Assembly: GCF_001194135.2 (NCBI RefSeq)
Contig: NC_068985.1
Coordinates: 17,736,728-17,800,696, forward strand
From: Octopus bimaculoides
Taxonomy: Eukaryota
Direction of reading: 5' to 3'
DNA length: 63,969 bases
Below are positions 13,116 to 26,319 of the stretch, piece by piece. Position numbers and translations under genes: made by a program. Numbering within the stretch: position 1 is the first letter of the stretch; every line of letters begins with the position of its first letter. The notes under the pieces were generated by a model, which saw only the letters and a list, made by a program, of their open reading frames with translations, was not told the origin of the DNA and ran no database searches.

Positions 13116-13619
13116 TATATATGCATGTATACATATGTATTATTGAGACATTACAAAATGTCATACATTTTGGTCAAGTTTTTTCTACTGCAGCCTTGGA
13201 CTGACCAATGTCTTGCAAATGAAATTGATAGGCAGAAACTGTACAGAAGCCCATCATGTGTGTGTGTGTGTGTGAATATTTACATTCCTCAGTTCATTTG
13301 AAAAGTATTGAACTATAGATGGTGAAGTTTTGTTGACACTTCCTGGCCACAAACATCATCTAGTTCTGTGCTTTTGAAGACATCATCATCATCATTTAAT
13401 GTTCATTTCCATGCTGGCATAAGTTGGTTGGTTTAACAAGATCTGGGAAGCTGCAAGGCCACATCCAGCTCTAATTGCTTGCTTTGGTATGGTTTCTATG
13501 GCTGGATGCCCTTCTTAACACCAACCACTTTAAAGAGTGTAATGGGCACTTCTTTTGTAACACTGGCACTTTGACCTACATGCACACTGACATTGCACAT
13601 CTAACAGATATTTCATCTG

Positions 13620-13960
13620 CTTGTTATAACCTTTAGATGCAATAAGAATATGAGAACTATTAACCACTATCTCCAATCCCAATAAAAATTCCTACAAGAG
13701 AAGTAAACCTTGTTCATTGTGCAACAACATGAGTCAAGTTAATTCCATCACAAATTATAGCAGGAATGTTATGATTTATACAGATAGTGAGACCAGTAAA
13801 GATTCCCATTTCATGTACACAACAGAATGCAAACACAACTTGATTTATGTAGGTTGCACAACAGAAAATTAAAAGATTCAATGGGAATAGGTGTGACATG
13901 AAGTACAATAACTGTAGTTTGACAGAACTTGAACATTTTAAATCAAACAGCAGTAAATTT
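13620..13960 (+). mobile_element. Decayed GIY-YIG endonuclease fragment of a Penelope-like element
   Basis: VITFRCNKNMR..SKPCSLCNNM..HFMYTTECKHNLIYVGCTTE; resembles the PLE R.NKNL / C..C / YVG.T arrangement; frameshifted. Confidence 0.55.
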
Positions 13961-14454
13961 AGAGGAATACCTGAAAGTACACACTCTCAGAAAATATTTT
14001 GAATACACTCAGTTCTCAAAACATGCGAGGATAAATATATTTGTGAATCACTAATGTCACACCTGGAAGAATTAACAAAATGACAGAATTCCATCACATT
14101 TACACAAAACGTTTTGACTAATTGTTCTCTTTCCTGCTTTTTTCTTTCTCTAGTTAAGAAAAAGCAAAAATTGATGACAGTTTTATTTAGAAAGGAATGC
14201 AAGATATTCCAGTCCAAATTTAGAATTTCTGTGTATTTTTCATTTTGAGTTTAAGGAAGACAGACACACTGTTGAAATGTTCAATTCAATAAAAAGAGTC
14301 GAACTTTATTATAAATCATATTCTGCTCTTCTTATTGTGTATTTACCACCGTGAAGAGTCACAAATCTTCATAAACCAATAATAATAATGATGAGAGTGG
14401 GGACATGATAGGAATAGTGAATATGACACAGAAACAATATATATATATATATAT

Positions 14455-14619
14455 GGAGTGGCTGTCTGGTAAGTAGCTTGCTTACGAACTACATGGTTCC
14501 GGGTTCAGTCCCACTGCGTGGCACCTTGGGCAAGTGTCTTCTACTATAGCCTCAGGCCGGCCAAAGTCTTGTGAGTGGATTTGGTAGATGGAAACTTAAA
14601 GAAGCCCGTCGCATATATG

Positions 14620-14650
<31 letters not shown>

Positions 14651-14890
14651 ATATGTTTGTGTGTCTGTGTTTGTCCCACATCACTTGACAACCGATGCCT
14701 GACAACCGATGCTTGACAACCAATGCTGGTGTGTTTAAGTCCCCGTAACTTAGCGGTTCCGCAAAAGAGACCGATAGAATAAGTACTAGGCTTACAAAGA
14801 ATAAGTCCTGGGGTCGACTTGCTCGACTAAAGGTGGTGCTCCAGCATGGCCACAGTCAAATGACTGAAACAAGTAAAAGAGTAAAAGAGA
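14455..14890 (+). mobile_element. Full-length tRNA-headed SINE (family A)
   Basis: GGAGTGGCTGTCTGGTAAG (A-box-like), GGTTCAGTCCC (B-box-like), internal (TA)/(TG) tract, 3' GGTGCTCCAGCATGGCCACAGTCAAATGACTGAAACAAGTAAAAGA. More than 12 copies or fragments in the window. Confidence 0.9.
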
Positions 14891-16017
14891 GAGTATATAT
14901 ATATGTTAGTATTCAGTCAATTCGAGGATGTCATTCTCATAAGAGATTAATATGTTAAAAAATTTCACTGGTTTAATCCACAACTCTTTTGAGGGAAGTC
15001 TTGACGATATGTATGGGATTATTATAAGTATTATTCAATAAAAGTTGAGAAAATGGAAAGCTGGTAAAGATGTAAATTAATCTATTAACATAGTTCCAAG
15101 GTAAAAACTGATTACAAATAAAAAAAATAAAAAAAACCTGTCAAAAACAATATATTGTGTGTATATATACATATACACACATTGCATGGCACCTTGGGCA
15201 AGTGTTTTCTACTACAGCCTCAGGTCGACAAAAGCCTTGAGTGAATTTGGTAGATGGAAACTGAAAGAAGCCTGCGATGTGTATATTTGTGTGCATCCCC
15301 CACTATTACTTGACGACTGGAGTTGGTGTGTTTACATCCTTGAAACTTGGCAGTTCAGCAAAAGAGACTGATAGAATAAGTGCTAGGCTTTAAAAGAAAT
15401 TATGTCCTCCAGTCGATTTGTCTGACTAAAATCCTTTAAAGCAGTGCTCCAGCATGGCCAGTCTAATGACTAAAACAAGTAAAAGATAAATACATATACA
15501 CACCCAATATATAATAGCTGTGTTAATATAATAATGTAGTAGATACCTAATTAAAATGACATGTTAAAGGAAATTAGAAGTAGTGATAAGCTTTCTTGAT
15601 TGAAGTGTTTTCCAAATTTGGAATGGGTAACAGAAGTAAAAGAAAACACGTGGAAGAAGTTCATAGGTAGAAATATAAGTAAATATACAAAAGAATTACA
15701 TGAGAAAGTTAATAATACATAAATGATAAATGCGTGATAGATAAATGATAATTAGATAAACAATCATGCTAGCCATGTGGTGGGAGTAAATGTAGATAGG
15801 TGAGTTATATATAGATAGATGAAAGTGCAATGGTAGGAAAATTAATATATAAAGGTATATATCTGAGGTGTAAAATAAAATTGCAGAATAAGGTGAAGAT
15901 TGCAGGTTGTTACTTTAAAGAAAATGGTTAAAATCTTTAATTGGGGTGGTCAGTATGTTTGTTGGATGCTACTGTGTTGAATGAATCAAAGTGATGGCCA
16001 GATTGAAACAAACTAAT

Positions 16018-16422
16018 CATCATCATCGTCGTTTAATGTCTGCTTTCCATGCTGGCATGGGTTGGATGGTTTGACTGATGGCTGGCAAACCAGAAGGCTG
16101 CACCAGGCTCCAATCTGATCTGGCAGAGTTTCTATAGCTGGATGCGTTTTCTAATGTCAACCACTCTGAGAGTGTAGCGGGTGCATTTTATGTGCCACCG
16201 GCACGGGAGCCAGTCAGGCAGCACTGGCATGGGACCAGCAGGCGGCACTGAGTCAAGTGACGTCATTGTCATTGCTGAGGACAGTACCGCCTGATTGGTA
16301 CCCTGCTGGTGGAATGTAAAAAGCACCATTCGAGTGTGGTTGAGTGCTTTTTACGTTCCACCGGCATGGGTACCAATCAGGTGGTACTGTCCTCGGTAAT
16401 GACAATGACGTCACTTGACTCA
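16018..16422 (-). mobile_element. Family B retroposon whose 5' end carries a ~78-bp-arm foldback
   Basis: Tail at 16018; inverted arms 16249-16326 and 16344-16422 (TGAGTCAAGTGACGTCATTGTCATT / AATGACAATGACGTCACTTGACTCA). Confidence 0.8.
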
Positions 16423-17129
16423 ACAGGTTTTCACAAGAACACAAATTACATACAACAAAGTAAGGTTATACTGAGGTCAAGTTAGTATATCTTGAAAATG
16501 AATTCAAGTTTTAAAAAATTTGCATTTGCATGAAATTCATGAAGAGTATTTATCAATTTTACATTTGGCAAAGAGTATTTCCAAGCTCTTGAACATACAA
16601 AGACTAGATGGTCAATTGTTTCTAGTATAGGATTTTGATCTGGATAAAATGTTCCATTTTAGATTATAAGATAAATTTATATTTTTTCAGTTCCCAGATG
16701 AAGCAAAATAATGAGATATCATTACTTTGATTTCGGTTTCTAAAAGTAAGGGCATGTTCGTTAAAGTAGTATTTAAAAGGACCGAAAGGGAGACTAATAT
16801 ATGTGCTGAAGGAATTGTTAGTTTGCACAGTAGATTTGTAAACAATGTCACTATTTATGCTTTTGGAATCAAAGAGTCAAGCATTGAGGTTTTGCGTTAA
16901 AAATATTCTATGATATTTTTGCTGTAGAAGTAAGTTTTCTCCAAGAAATTTAGAGAAAGATTTAACTACAGGGGTTACAAATGCAAAGTTGTATGGAGGA
17001 TTATATAGAGAAATGTTTCTTTTTCTCAAAAGAGGTTTTGATTTGTATTGACATACTGTCTTGCAATCTGGAATATATATAAACTGAACTTCTAGTCACA
17101 GAACAGTGAATTCCCTATTTCCAATTTCT

Positions 17130-17420
17130 ACCTATCATCTAACTTCTGTTCTAACTACCAAATACTGGTTCTTGCTCTCACCGTTCTTCCGACCTTTCCA
17201 AATCCATTTCTTATCTTTTATGCCTCTATCTACTGTATCATTCCACAGATCTGGTCTGTGACTCACAATGGGGTCTTGTAGCAACTCCCAGTTGAGCTTG
17301 TGCAATATCAACTAGTATTTCTTTGAGCTAACACCTTGCTGAAGGATCTTTTAGGTCTTATATCTTCCTTCATGAAACTGAGTTGTCTCTGATTCTGTCT
17401 AGCTCTCAGCCTGTTCACTA
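17130..17420 (-). mobile_element. RTE-clade LINE fragment (endonuclease-RT linker)
   Basis: Minus translation WNDTVDRGIKDKKWIWKGRKNGESKNQYLVVRTEVR resembles the RTE WWN..V..AI..K...WK..K..G...Y..A+ linker. Confidence 0.55.
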
Positions 17421-17690
17421 GTCTTTATTAAATGGTATATTGTTCACTGATGAAGAACACAAAATCCACAACCATTGCCTATCCCATTTTTGGTATATAA
17501 ACTAGTAATCTACATACATATGTACATATTATTGGTATGACACCATTCTGTATTACACAATGTTATTCTAAAATAATGCTTTAATTAGAAATTACTGTTA
17601 CTTCTTACTAAGTAAAACGAATCTTTGCACACAAATATTTTCTACATTATTTACATTTGACGGATATTTGACCTCATCTTGTTTGTTGTT

Positions 17691-17736
17691 AACACAACTT
17701 TTCAGCTGATATACTCTCCAGCCTTCATCAGGTGTC
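17691..17736 (-). ncRNA. Minimal type-I hammerhead ribozyme-like motif
   Basis: GACAC-CTGATGA-A-GGCTG[GAGAGTATAT]CAGCT-GAAAA-GTT-GTGTT; stem I GACAC/GTGTT; position 15.2 is A rather than C. Confidence 0.6.
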
Positions 17737-17937
17737 TTGGGGAAATTTTGAACCTGGGTTCTCATTCCTAAGGTATTTTTCTATGTTATTATTATTATTC
17801 AGGTCACTGCTTGGAATCGAACTCGAAATCTTGGGGTTAGTACCCTGCGCTCTTAAACACTACGCCATATGCCCGTGCTACTAACCCCAAGATTCCGAGT
17901 TTGATTCCAAGCAGTGACTTGAATAATAATAATAATA

Positions 17938-17983
17938 GACACCTGATGAAGGTTGGAGGGTATATCAACCGAAACATTGTGTT
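17938..17983 (+). ncRNA. Minimal type-I hammerhead ribozyme-like motif
   Basis: GACAC-CTGATGA-A-GGTTG[GAGGGTATAT]CAACC-GAAAC-ATT-GTGTT; triplet ATT here versus GTT in the other arm. Confidence 0.6.
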
Positions 17984-19109
17984 AACAACAAACAAGATGA
18001 GGACAATTGTTCATCAAATATAAATATTGTACATAATTCCTCATCTCTTAAATATAGAATTGAAATATTTTTCTACCTGATATATTGATTTTCAGGCTGT
18101 TTTTTTAATACATGCTCATATATTATACACACACACACAAACATATAACAGTTTTCACTAAAAACTGAAGTATTATGCTGTTTGTTTATCTCTTTGTATA
18201 TCTTAGCGAGTTCAATTCAAGATTTTATTTGCTAGTATATCAGGTATCACATCCTTTGTATAATTTCCTCTAAACATGATCAGTGGTTTTTCAAAACAAA
18301 TATCATAAAATTTAACCCACCTCAGTTTCATACAATGACTACTCAAATTTCCTACAGAGCCAGTTTTTTATGTTCACACGTTCTTTGAAATTACACTACA
18401 GTGGTGTAGTATAGTGTGCAGACCACACAGGATAGTAATTTTATATGTAATTTTTGCTGTAGTGTAAGGTATATTAAGGGGGCAACCATTTTGGATACAG
18501 TGCAGGGTGGCCAAAACCCACACAACACCACTTGATCAAGTAAATGATTTAATAGAACTAAACACCATTGTAAAATTGCTTAAACCTTATCTTTATCATC
18601 ATCATCATCATCATTAATGTCAGTTTTCTATGCTGGCATGGGTGGACAGTCTGACATAAGTTGGTAAGGCTGAGAGCCACACCAGGCTCCATTCTTTGTT
18701 TTGACATGGTTTCTACAGCTGGATGCCCTTCCTGACACCAATCACTTTACAGAGTGCACTGGGTACTCTTTACATGGCACCAGTACCAGTGCTTTTTATG
18801 TGGCACCAACAGCAGTGCTTTTTATGTGGCACCAGCTGCAGTGCTTTTTACATGGCAGTCCTCACCAACAGAGTCACCAAGCAACTTGCAAGACCAAGCT
18901 CCTTGACTGGGAACAGGGTAGGGTAGTTTTATTGATTTTAAAGATAACCATTTCTGATAGCAACTAAAATATTTTTTTATAGTCTTAGCTAATACTTAAG
19001 TGTATAAATTTCATCTACTTTTAGTGTATTTCTCAGGATACTTGCATAAAAAATAAAGATTTTCTTAAATTATTAGCCACCTTTAGTTTCATCTAGAATT
19101 AATCTAAAT

Positions 19110-19600
19110 TCATTTGATTTCCATAACATTGGAAATGAGCTCACTGTACTAATTGTTGAAAAAGTTACAAATATATGACAATAAAACAATTGGATATGAA
19201 AAAAATCTCACTATACTGTTTGTTGTTACAGAGAGGCTTAAAACTTTAAATGAACAAACAAAGCCGAAAGGAATTATCCTATCCAGTGTTTTGTTCATGT
19301 ATGAACAAAAGTGATATGAAACTGTGGTTGGGGAAAGGTTGTCTGTTGAAAAAACCAAAATTACTAGTGTGGGATCAATACTCAGCTCACAAAACAGGAT
19401 TAATAAAGGGAAATATCTTGAGCAATTAAAAATGAAAGCAAGCAGTCGCTGATGGGGGTTTAATGTTGCAGACACAACTTCTATAAGTTTCAATCAAGAA
19501 ACCATTCAAATGGTTTAAGTAAAAAGAATGGAACAAGTGGGCAACTGCTGGGTATTTAGTAACCCCAACAGAATGACCAAAGAGGTCTACTATTGCACAG
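19110..19600 (+). mobile_element. pogo/Tigger-type DDE transposase fossil
   Basis: LWLGKGCLLKKPKLLVWDQYSAHKT..AVADGGLMLQTQLL*VSIKKPFK..EWNKW matches the pogo LLVWD.F.AH..AVIPGGLT..LQPLDVS.NKPFK signature; stops present. Confidence 0.8.
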
Positions 19601-21438
19601 GTATGTCAATGGTGGTGTTATCATGGGCAGAGCTGTGAGAGGAAATATAATAGCCAAGGTGTCAAAAATTGTGGAATCTATGATGGTATGGATAACATCA
19701 AAGACAAACTTCTACATAGAATAGCAGTCACCCAGGTAAAACTTGTGTTGGTAATAGTGATTGATATGTTAATAAACATCATATTTAATGAAGTACAGAG
19801 TCACTAACATTTGCCAGACATGTATTTTCAGTACAAGATTAAAGCAGACGGGAGAAGAAACAGTTTTCTTTTTTCCATTGATACTTTCTCTCAAATAAAC
19901 AAACTCACTCTGAATATATGGGGTTGGGTATGCCCCAATAACTCCACAGAACATAGTAAAGATCAAATTTACCTAATCTACTCACAAGGCTTCAGACAGC
20001 CTTGGGTTATAGCAGAAGACATTTGCTCAAGGTGCCATGCAATGGGAGTGAACTTGAAACCATTGCATTGGGAAGCAAACATCTTACCACACAATCATAC
20101 CTGCACTTATTGCCACATCTTGTACCCTCATTTTTTAGGGTCAATGCCTACAGCTTTTGCAGACCTTCCATACTGGTAACATCAATGTAGCTAATATTTA
20201 ATTTGAACTTCTGCAAGTTGGTGCTTACCAAGAAAGTGTGAATCAAGAGGAAATTTTGGTAGAGGAATGGGAGAAGTGTTTAGCTTAGAGTTTTGAATGA
20301 GATGCAGAAGGAATAACTAGAAGACCAGAGGTTAGTGTATTGTGTATGAGTTCCAGGATGGTACACTCCTTGTTAGTTGAGAGGAACAGGAAGTGCTGTA
20401 ATGGTGGTAGACAATACAATGAAAGTGGCTGACTTGGGGTTGTAGCAATTGAATCAACTGGATGGCTTTTGGGGGACGTTTGTGCACAGCAGCTGCACCA
20501 TTCCAGATATATCTTATCTTTTACTTGTTTCAGTCACTTGACTGTGGCCATGCTGGAGCACCACCTTGAAAATTTTTTAGTCGAATGAATTGACTCCGGT
20601 ATTTGTTTTTAAAGCATGGTACTTATTCCTATTGGCCTATTTTGCTGAACTGCTAAGTTACAGGGATACAAACACAGACACACATACAATGGGCTTCTTT
20701 CAATTTCCATCTACCAAACCCACTCACAAAGCTTTGGTCAGCTCAATGACATAGAAGATACTTGCCCAAGGTGCAACATGATGGGACTGATCCCGGAGCC
20801 ATACAGTTCGGAAGAAAGCTTCTTACCACATGGCTACAGTATTCTAATGTGGGCTACACATGTACATAGCAGTAGGTAAGCAGCTGTACAATATTGAAGT
20901 ATTTTATGGCTCCAAAGGGGGAGTGCAGTCTCTGAGATATGGTTTGGCTGCGGTTTCCTTTATTTATATGTCAACATGAGAAGTCATTGGAAGTATGAAA
21001 AAGATTGAGATACTCATGCAGAACAAAACAAGAGTCATTGGGGATGTAAGTTATCTAGATATCTGGTAAAAATTTCAATAGAGTGAATCAGTTGATACTA
21101 CTTGACCTAACAATTAATGATCTAAAGGAAATTTGCCTGTTATTTCTAATTACCTTATTAAGCTTCCTGATTGGTTCAATGATTACATGGTAGAATACAG
21201 TGATAAGTAATTTTGCACTTGAACGATTATGCTTAACACTAATTAAACTTTACTCATACCCAATAGTAATTATTTGAATTATTTCCTATCTGTAACTTGT
21301 TACCATAATTTTGCTGCAATACAATCTTTGTTCCAATTAATTTTAAAGAGTAAGAAAACAGACATTGTTAATTTGGTGTTTGGATCATAAATTAAAATAT
21401 TTAGTTCAGTATAATCATTTCTTCTAGATTAGTAATAC

Positions 21439-21808
21439 TCTTTTACTTGTTTCAGTAATTTGACTGCGGCCATGCTGGAGCACCGCCTTTAGTCGAGCAA
21501 ATCAACCCCAGGACTTATTCTTTGTAAGCCTAGTACTTATTCTATTGTTCTCTTTTGCCGAACCGCTAAGTTACGATCACATCGGTTGTCAAGCGATGCT
21601 GGGGGGACAAACACTCACACATATATATATATATATATATATACATATATATGATGGGCTTCTTTCAGTTTCCGTCTACCAAATCCACTCACAAGGCTTT
21701 GGTTGGTCCAAGGCTATAGTAGAAGACACTTGCCCAAGGTGCCACACAGTGGTACTGAACCCAGAACCATATGGTTCGTAAGCAAGCTACTTACCACACA
21801 GCCACTCC
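21439..21808 (-). mobile_element. Full-length SINE family A copy
   Basis: Reverse complement of the 14455-14890 element; another young copy at 22700-22910 runs into the N gap. Confidence 0.9.
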
Positions 21809-24800
21809 TACGCCTAATAGTTAATACATGTGGAAAGAAATTACACAAAATGTATTTATTACAATAGGTGCAGGCATGGTTGTGTGGTTAAGAAGTTTGC
21901 TTTCTAACTGTGGTTTTGGGTTCAGTCCTACAGTGTGGCAACCTGAGCAAGTGTCTTCTGCTATAGCTCCAGGTTGACTAAAGCCTCAAGAGTGGATTTG
22001 GTAGGTGGAAACTGCAAAAAAGCCTGTTGTATTAATGTGTATGCATGTATGTTTGTGTGTACCCATGCCTTGACATCAAAAGATGGTTGTTAACAAGCAG
22101 GCAGTTTGTTTCTAGTCTTCCATGAAAAACGTATCTGGCCATAGGAAATATTACCTTATTTGGAAATAGGTGAGGGTTGACAAAAAGAAGGACACCTGGC
22201 TGTAGAATATCTGCTTCCAAATTTTCTGTCTGACTCATGCAAGCATACAAAAGTGTGTATTAAATGGTGATGGTTTATTACAAAGATTATTTTTATATGA
22301 AATGGATCAAGTCTTTGTTGTCAGTGCTTAAGATATATTTAAATTGTGGGAAATTACTTTGTATATATTTATAACTAAACATATTTTTAGATAAAATAAG
22401 TTTAGTCTTGTTCTCACCGCTTAAAATGTATCTAATTTGTGAGTAGTACAACAAAACACTTATACTATAATAAATACTAATTTATGTATTTTATATATCA
22501 GGATATTGTGAACAATTGGGCCATTAGTTACATGTTTCAAACTTGTCAATCACTGCATTTATAATACAAGAGTGACAAAGAATCATTGTGCAAATTAAAC
22601 AGACCAAACACCATGGGGCATTTTTAATTGAAAGTGCTGCTTTATTAGTCTTCTCTCTCACATTGCTGAAAGATATACACATACATTATATATATATATA
22701 TATATATACTCTTTTCTCTTTTACTTGTTTCAGTCATTTGACTGCGGCCATGCTGGAGCACCGCCTTTAGTCGAGGAAATCGACCCCAGGACTTATTCTT
22801 TGTAAGCCTAGTACTTATTCTATCGGTCTCTTTTTGCCGAACTGCTAAGTTACGGGGACGTAAACACACCAGCATCGGTTGTCAAGCGATGGTGGGGGGA
22901 CAAACACACATACATATATATATATATACATATATACNNNNNNNNNNNNNNNNNNNNNNNNNNNNNNNNNNNNNNNNNNNNNNNNNNNNNNNNNNNNNNN
23001 NNNNNNNNNNNNNNNNNNNNNNNNNNNNNNNNNNNNNNNNNNNNNNNNNNNNNNNNNNNNNNNNNNNNNNNNNNNNNNNNNNNNNNNNNNNNNNNNNNNN
23101 NNNNNNNNNNNNNNNNNNNNNNNNNNNNNNNNNNNNNNNNNNNNNNNNNNNNNNNNNNNNNNNNNNNNNNNNNNNNNNNNNNNNNNNNNNNNNNNNNNNN
23201 NNNNNNNNNNNNNNNNNNNNNNNNNNNNNNNNNNNNNNNNNNNNNNNNNNNNNNNNNNNNNNNNNNNNNNNNNNNNNNNNNNNNNNNNNNNNNNNNNNNN
23301 NNNNNNNNNNNNNNNNNNNNNNNNNNNNNNNNNNNNNNNNNNNNNNNNNNNNNNNNNNNNNNNNNNNNNNNNNNNNNNNNNNNNNNNNNNNNNNNNNNNN
23401 NNNNNNNNNNNNNNNNNNNNNNNNNNNNNNNNNNNNNNNNNNNNNNNNNNNNNNNNNNNNNNNNNNNNNNNNNNNNNNNNNNNNNNNNNNNNNNNNNNNN
23501 NNNNNNNNNNNNNNNNNNNNNNNNNNNNNNNNNNNNNNNNNNNNNNNNNNNNNNNNNNNAGGGTTATACTAGAAGACACTTGCCCAAAGTGCAGTACAGT
23601 GGGATTGAACCTGAGACATGGTTGGGAAGCTAGCTTTTTCACCACCTAATGACATCTGTGTTCTTATATATATATATATATAAAATAATATATAGCTGTA
23701 CACATATAAACACACAATGAACTTTCACACAGTTTCTATTTACCAAATCTCATTCAAAGATATTAATCAAACTAGGCTCTAGCAGCAGACACATACCCAA
23801 AGTGTCATGTAGTGAGATTGAACCTAAAACTACTTGGTTGTAAAGCAATTTTTTTAACCACACAGTCACAACTGCACCCATATGAAATAATAAAATTAAG
23901 CAAAAAAATTTCCATATGTTAGTCTCAGTAATTTTGTTATATGTGAGCTAGCATAATTAATGCAGTGAAGCAAAATTAATTTTTAATCAACTGTAATTAC
24001 GCCTCTAATGAGAAAAAAAAAATATTAACACTAAAGAAAATTCTTGTCAAGAGAGATAAGGGAAAGAACTCTAAAACTTAAATTGATCAAAACTTAAATG
24101 TTTAAGCTTTTGGTTTTTATTTTGGTTACATGTATTTTCTGACTGTTGCTTGATAGCAGGTATGGGCAATTTTTTTCAAGAAGCAGCCTGTAGGAGTCCT
24201 GACTCCATCATCAGGCAGGTTGCCCTACCACAAAAAAAAAAAAAAAAAAATTCAAGGTAATTTTTCATTGGTGTGCCACTCAGGAAGTCCTGTGAGCTGC
24301 ATGTGAGCTGCAGTTTGCTTGTGACTGCTCTACAATATAAATGGCTTAAAATCAAATGTAGGAAGAAAGAAAAAGAAAAAAAAAACTTGAAATTAGTATA
24401 AATGGATATATCATCTTTGATTTTCAGTTGGTTTTATAACTCAAATAATCACGTAAGCTTATATATCTGATGACAGAATTAGTTTATGTTATTAACACAT
24501 TAACCTAAAATGGCATCAGTTAGTATTTGTTTGCTTGTTTGACTTTAGAGAGTTAACAAGTAATATCAGCAGCAGAAAATCTAGCTAACAGTAGTATATA
24601 TTAATTTTAAGGATGTGATGACATACTTCTTACTCACTCACCAGGTTAGTATGTCAACAGCCATACAATTTTGTTTTGTTCTATAATCCCCATCCCCTCC
24701 TTCACTGGTTTTCTTTTTCCTCTATGTAATTCCATTATCTAAAAACACCTCATAATTTTTTCAACTTTCAACTTTTATATTCAATTTATTAAAGAGATTT

Positions 24801-25417
24801 CAAGTTGCACATAACAAATTGAAGGGAAAAAAATAAGATCCATACCGAGTTTACAGACTTTAAGTTCATTAAATGTATTAACTGTAATTTAAATTCAAAT
24901 TTTATTGGTTAGAAGTTCATAAAAGAACAAATTAACTAGCTGTGTCATCCAATTTGCTGTAAGAACTTTTATTATTTAATTAATGATTAAGGCAACAAGC
25001 TCGAAGAATTGCTATTGTGCCAGGCAAAATGCTTAATGGCATTTTGTCCATTTTTATGTTCTGAGTTCGAATTCCACCAAGGTCAACTTTGTCTTTCATC
25101 CTTTTGGGGTTAATAAAATAAGTACCAGTATAGCAACGGGTTTGATGTAATCGACTTAATTCCTCCCCCAAAATTCCTGGCCTTGTGCCAATAGTAGAAA
25201 AGGTTGTTTAATTAACGAGGTGGCAGAATTATTAGCATGCCAGATAAAATGCTTAGTAGCATTTCTTTTGAGTTCTAATTCTGGTGAGGACAAATTTTGC
25301 CTTTCAATCCTTTTAGGGTTGATAAAATAAGTACCAGTCAACTACTGGGGATGATTTAATTAATCCCTCTTCTCAAAATTGCCAGCCGAAATTAGAATTA
25401 ATATTTATCATGTTTAA

Positions 25418-25735
25418 CACATAAAACGCGATGGACCATGATCATGGCCGTCAGGCATGAGGTCAACAGGCTACGATTATGGCCCAGATAGATGCATTTA
25501 ATTTATGAGCATTTGTTGGGGTCTAATGTCACTCAAACGCTCTGATACCCCCAGAATGCAAGAGAACTAATAGTTCAACTAATGACTTTTCAGATGATGT
25601 AAAACTTGCCACCATTATATACTAAGAAGATATTTTAACTATTTTTTGTTTTTTATGTGTGCATGGTAGTCTCATTTTCATAAAATGTGCTCAGCAGTCC
25701 ATGCTATGTAAGTGCAAATTTCAGCGCTTTATGGG
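25418..25735. mobile_element. piggyBac-type MITE (318 bp)
   Basis: TTAA at 25414-17 and 25736-39; imperfect TIRs CACATAAAACGC / GCGCTTTATGGG. Confidence 0.65.
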
Positions 25736-26319
25736 TTAATCTAACTTATATACATCTTTTTAATAACAGACTGCAGATATGAATGCCCCAGCATGACCAC
25801 AGTCCAATGACTGAAACTAATAAAAGAATAGACCAAAGTATACAGTACAAAAGTCCTCATTTTGTTTGGTCTTTTTACACACACATACACTGTGTAGTTA
25901 ATTTCTAATCAACTTTTCATTTAATTTACTCATCCATATAGCTTGTTATTAGGAAGATGATACTATTCAATTTTGGAGGCAGTTTGGATAAGAATCTCAG
26001 AGCCAGTCCACACTCATCAATTGACCATTTTCTCACAATATTTCTGATGAAATACACCTATTTCAAACTTAATAATGAAGAATATAGTAAAATAACATCA
26101 TCATTATTAAGCTCATGTTTGAAACATAAATTAACATGAAATTTAATTGGGGAGTATTAATTAAGATCTCTTTAAAACAGAGAATTTGTACTATAGAAGC
26201 AACAAGAGGTGGTCATGGGTAGTAGGTTGGTATCAAAAGGGTTAGACCTACATGTGAGAAGTTTATATGTAATGTTATCTTTTAGAAGCTTGAGCTTAAT
26301 TATTTTATTCTTACAACAT

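Larger units (their letters stand above)
17645..18032. mobile_element. Palindromic element: tRNA-like head plus hammerhead-like motif, with an inverted partial copy
   Basis: Minus-strand head TGGCGTAGTG (17867-17858) and GAGTTCGATTCC (17824-17813). The right arm 17879-18032 is the reverse complement of the left arm minus a ~48-bp block (17738-17785). Confidence 0.85.

Noticed and set aside
18770-18860. Regularly spaced 26-bp repeats suggestive of a CRISPR-like array
   Set aside because: Contiguous tandem units within a retroposon, no unique spacers, no cas genes, eukaryotic context.
22845-23649. Long ORFs spanning N runs (also 36.6-37.4, 57.4-58.0, 62.7-63.9 kb and most of 54.4-55.3 kb)
   Set aside because: Artefacts of translating assembly gaps.
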